Positions 61,667 to 64,000 of a stretch of 64,000 nt of DNA are shown here, one piece after another. Below the pieces are notes generated by a model, which was not told the origin of the DNA, searched no databases, and saw nothing but the letters and a program-made list of their open reading frames with translations. Each line of letters opens with the position of its first letter. The first letter of the stretch is position 1. Made by a program: the position numbers and the translations under genes. Where the stretch lies: NCBI GenBank assembly GCA_002269645.1, contig NIVC01000276.1, positions 186,001 through 250,000 on the forward strand, read 5' to 3'. This stretch comes from Macrostomum lignano (Eukaryota).

Positions 61667-63577
61667 ATAATCATTGTCCACATAGCAATTAACTATCAAA
61701 TACACATGAAATTATTCAGTAGTAAAATGTCTAATGTATTTGAAACAAATGAATTAAATTTTTAGCACTTTCTTTAAGTAGAAATATTTATCAAATATTT
61801 TAATATCAATATACAAGTAATATACAAGTCAATATACAAGTAATTGTTTAAAGGATGCTTAAAAAGTAATTAAACAGAAACTTTCTATTGTCTGTAGTGC
61901 TTCTCGATTATTGGTAGGTATTAAGGTATAGTAGACTCAAGTAGAGATGTCTGCACATAATACAAGTTTATAAAAATACAAATTATTTTATAAAATAAAA
62001 TTAAGACTATATATAAATTTATGCAAAATTGGCCTATTAACTAATATCTGATAGTGCATAAAATATGATACAAATAATGCATAAATTTCTTAAATATTAT
62101 ATTTTCCTGAACTTCACTAAAGCTAAAGTTTAGGCTTATAGACATAGTTACAGGAGTGCTTTTTAGGTTTTACTAGTAATTTTACCAATTCAAAAATCCA
62201 CAAAAAAATAATAATATCCTAAATATCCATTCTAAGCTTTAGTTTTAATGCGCTTTAAATAAAACTGCATATGTTTTTATTTTTTATCTTAATTTCTTTC
62301 TAAACTAATGTACAAAGAAAATAAAATAAGATAGCTGATATAGAACTTGATTGCACGACATTGTGATTAAATGTTTTATATTTACTGATTCCTTTACTCT
62401 TCGTTGGACTTAGGTTAGGACTAGCTAGGGACTTTGGCTACCTATGCTAGATGATTTGATACGACACCAGCTTATCAAAAGCACTAAAACCTAATACATA
62501 TAGCTAAAATATTGATAAATGTTAAAGAGATACGAGCGTGACAACGCTATAACTCAAGAATTGACAGTTTTAAGACAGCAAACATTGAGTAAATGGTCGA
62601 TATGAAGCAATTTTTCCTTTTATTACAAAGTTTCTGAAATAAAAAATTTATGGGTTTTTTTCCTATAATTTGCTTTGTTTTATTCTCCCTAGCATGCTCA
62701 ATTCGCGGAACTCGTGAATTTTTCGTAACTTACATGTAAATGGTTTGACAAAGTCATATTATTTTCTAGGCTAAGCTGTTTTATTTCTGCTGCCTATCTG
62801 TGCATGGGTTCTAACTTGTACCTTCATTTGCACTCAAAACTTAGATAGCTTTGGCTAACCCCGGCCCCTAATGACATAATTACGTTTTCATGCTTTTATT
62901 TTTTACGATGAAAATTTCTGAGAATAACTTTACTCATTTATCTGAGTCTCTTTTTCTGTTCAACTTTATAGTAGCTATCAATGACCCAATAGTCTCATCA
63001 TGCAAGTGGCATAGCTAGGATTTTCATCATGAGGGGGTCACAAGCCAGAGCCACAGGTGAGTTACAAAGTAGCTATTACTAAAATTACCGATCCATAGTC
63101 GCAATGTCACCACAACAAACATGTAATCAGGCGCAACGAAATATTTTTGGCGAGGGGCCAAAGTTTAATTTGCCAGTCACTGAACAAAATATTTTAGCGC
63201 CAATTTAGCGTACGTTGTAAGCTATACGTGTATTTTACTTTACATTACGTGGTAACAGTTCTGTAGAACAAGTAGATCGAGAATAGTTAAGATCAAAATT
63301 TGAATATTGGGCCGTCTGGCGGCCCTCGGCCACTCACTGCGTCCTACAAGAGTACAAATTTATTTTTTTGTGTACGCTTTGTGTAGTGTACGCCCCTCTA
63401 CGCCTGTAGGCTTGTATGTGACTATAGCTTGAGTTCTCTCGACCAACGTGCGCTAGCTCTGCCCCCCCCCCCTTAACCATTGCATAACGTGGTAGCCGCA
63501 CGTCGGCAGTGACTATATATTAACTCAAATATATGGTCCACGAGACCACTTTATATTTCGCGCACAAGCGCACTACA

Positions 63578-64000
63578 ATGGCGTCGCAAGTCAGTTTACA
63601 GACCCCCAGCAAATTGGACTTGCGCACGGACCCAAATGCAGCTCATACAAAATGGAAAAAATGGTCAGCCCAGTTTCAACTGTTTGCCGTCGCCTCTGGA
63701 ATAGACGACAAGAAAAGACTACGGCAGCTGCTGTTGTATTCGGCCGGCGAGGACCTGCAGACGATCGCCGCGGGCCTCACCGATGAGGCCGAGGGCAAAG
63801 ATATCGACACGCTCGTGGCCGCCTTGGACAGGCATTTCAACCGCAATCTGAACCTACCGTTCACTCGCTATCAATTCAGGCTCTGCACGCAACGGTCTGG
63901 CGAGCCCACGGACGAGTGGCTTCAGCGTCTCCAAGAAGCCGCCGACTGCTGTGGCTTCGAGGGTCTCAGAGACTCTCTGATTCGAGACCAGCTGATCGCT
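63578..64000 (+). mobile_element. Ty3/Gypsy LTR-retrotransposon gag N-terminus, open to the window edge
   Basis: Uninterrupted ORF MASQVSLQTPSKLDL...WKKWSAQFQLFAVASG...LLLYSAGEDL...LDRHFN...RYQFRLCTQRSGEPTDEWLQRLQEAADCCGFEGLRDSLIRDQLI, typical of Gypsy Gag. Confidence 0.88.

Noticed and set aside
62995-63490. Possible GC-ended MITE (GTGGCATAGCTAGG ... CTACGCC / poly-C)
   Set aside because: Terminal inverted match too weak to define ends.

Overview
Eukaryotic (animal) genomic DNA with GC-rich exons, AT-rich intergenic DNA and introns packed with unrelated minisatellites. This style suggests a free-living flatworm such as Macrostomum, which is an inference from composition only. Recognisable genes are the last three exons of unc-79 (+), a 4-exon SLC3A2/4F2hc-like heavy chain (+), an 8-exon WDR11 (+), an unidentified ~1000-aa 4-exon gene (-), a secreted PAN/apple + LamG-like protein (-), a 3-exon GDPD1/GDE4-like gene (-), and the start of a Ty3/Gypsy gag at the right edge. 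The main discovery is at ~32.8-48.4 kb: a tandem, all plus-strand cluster of eight small single-pass receptors plus one remnant. Each has one Cys-rich module resembling a TNF-receptor CRD (BCMA/TACI/Grindelwald-like C..G.YFD....C..C or classical CPPGSY...CRPCP). Ectodomain and cytoplasmic-tail modules have been swapped between paralogues near domain borders, and one member of each paralogue pair has independently lost its terminal Tyr. Other unusual structures are a ~350-bp palindrome with two divergent tRNA-like cloverleafs in WDR11 intron 2, a 17-bp satellite grown from the A-box of a tRNA-SINE, a hairpin MITE-like element with five E2F sites upstream of WDR11, and nested retroelement insertions. 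Most long ORFs in the supplied track are artefacts of tandem repeats. No database searches were run; family calls rest on remembered motifs.
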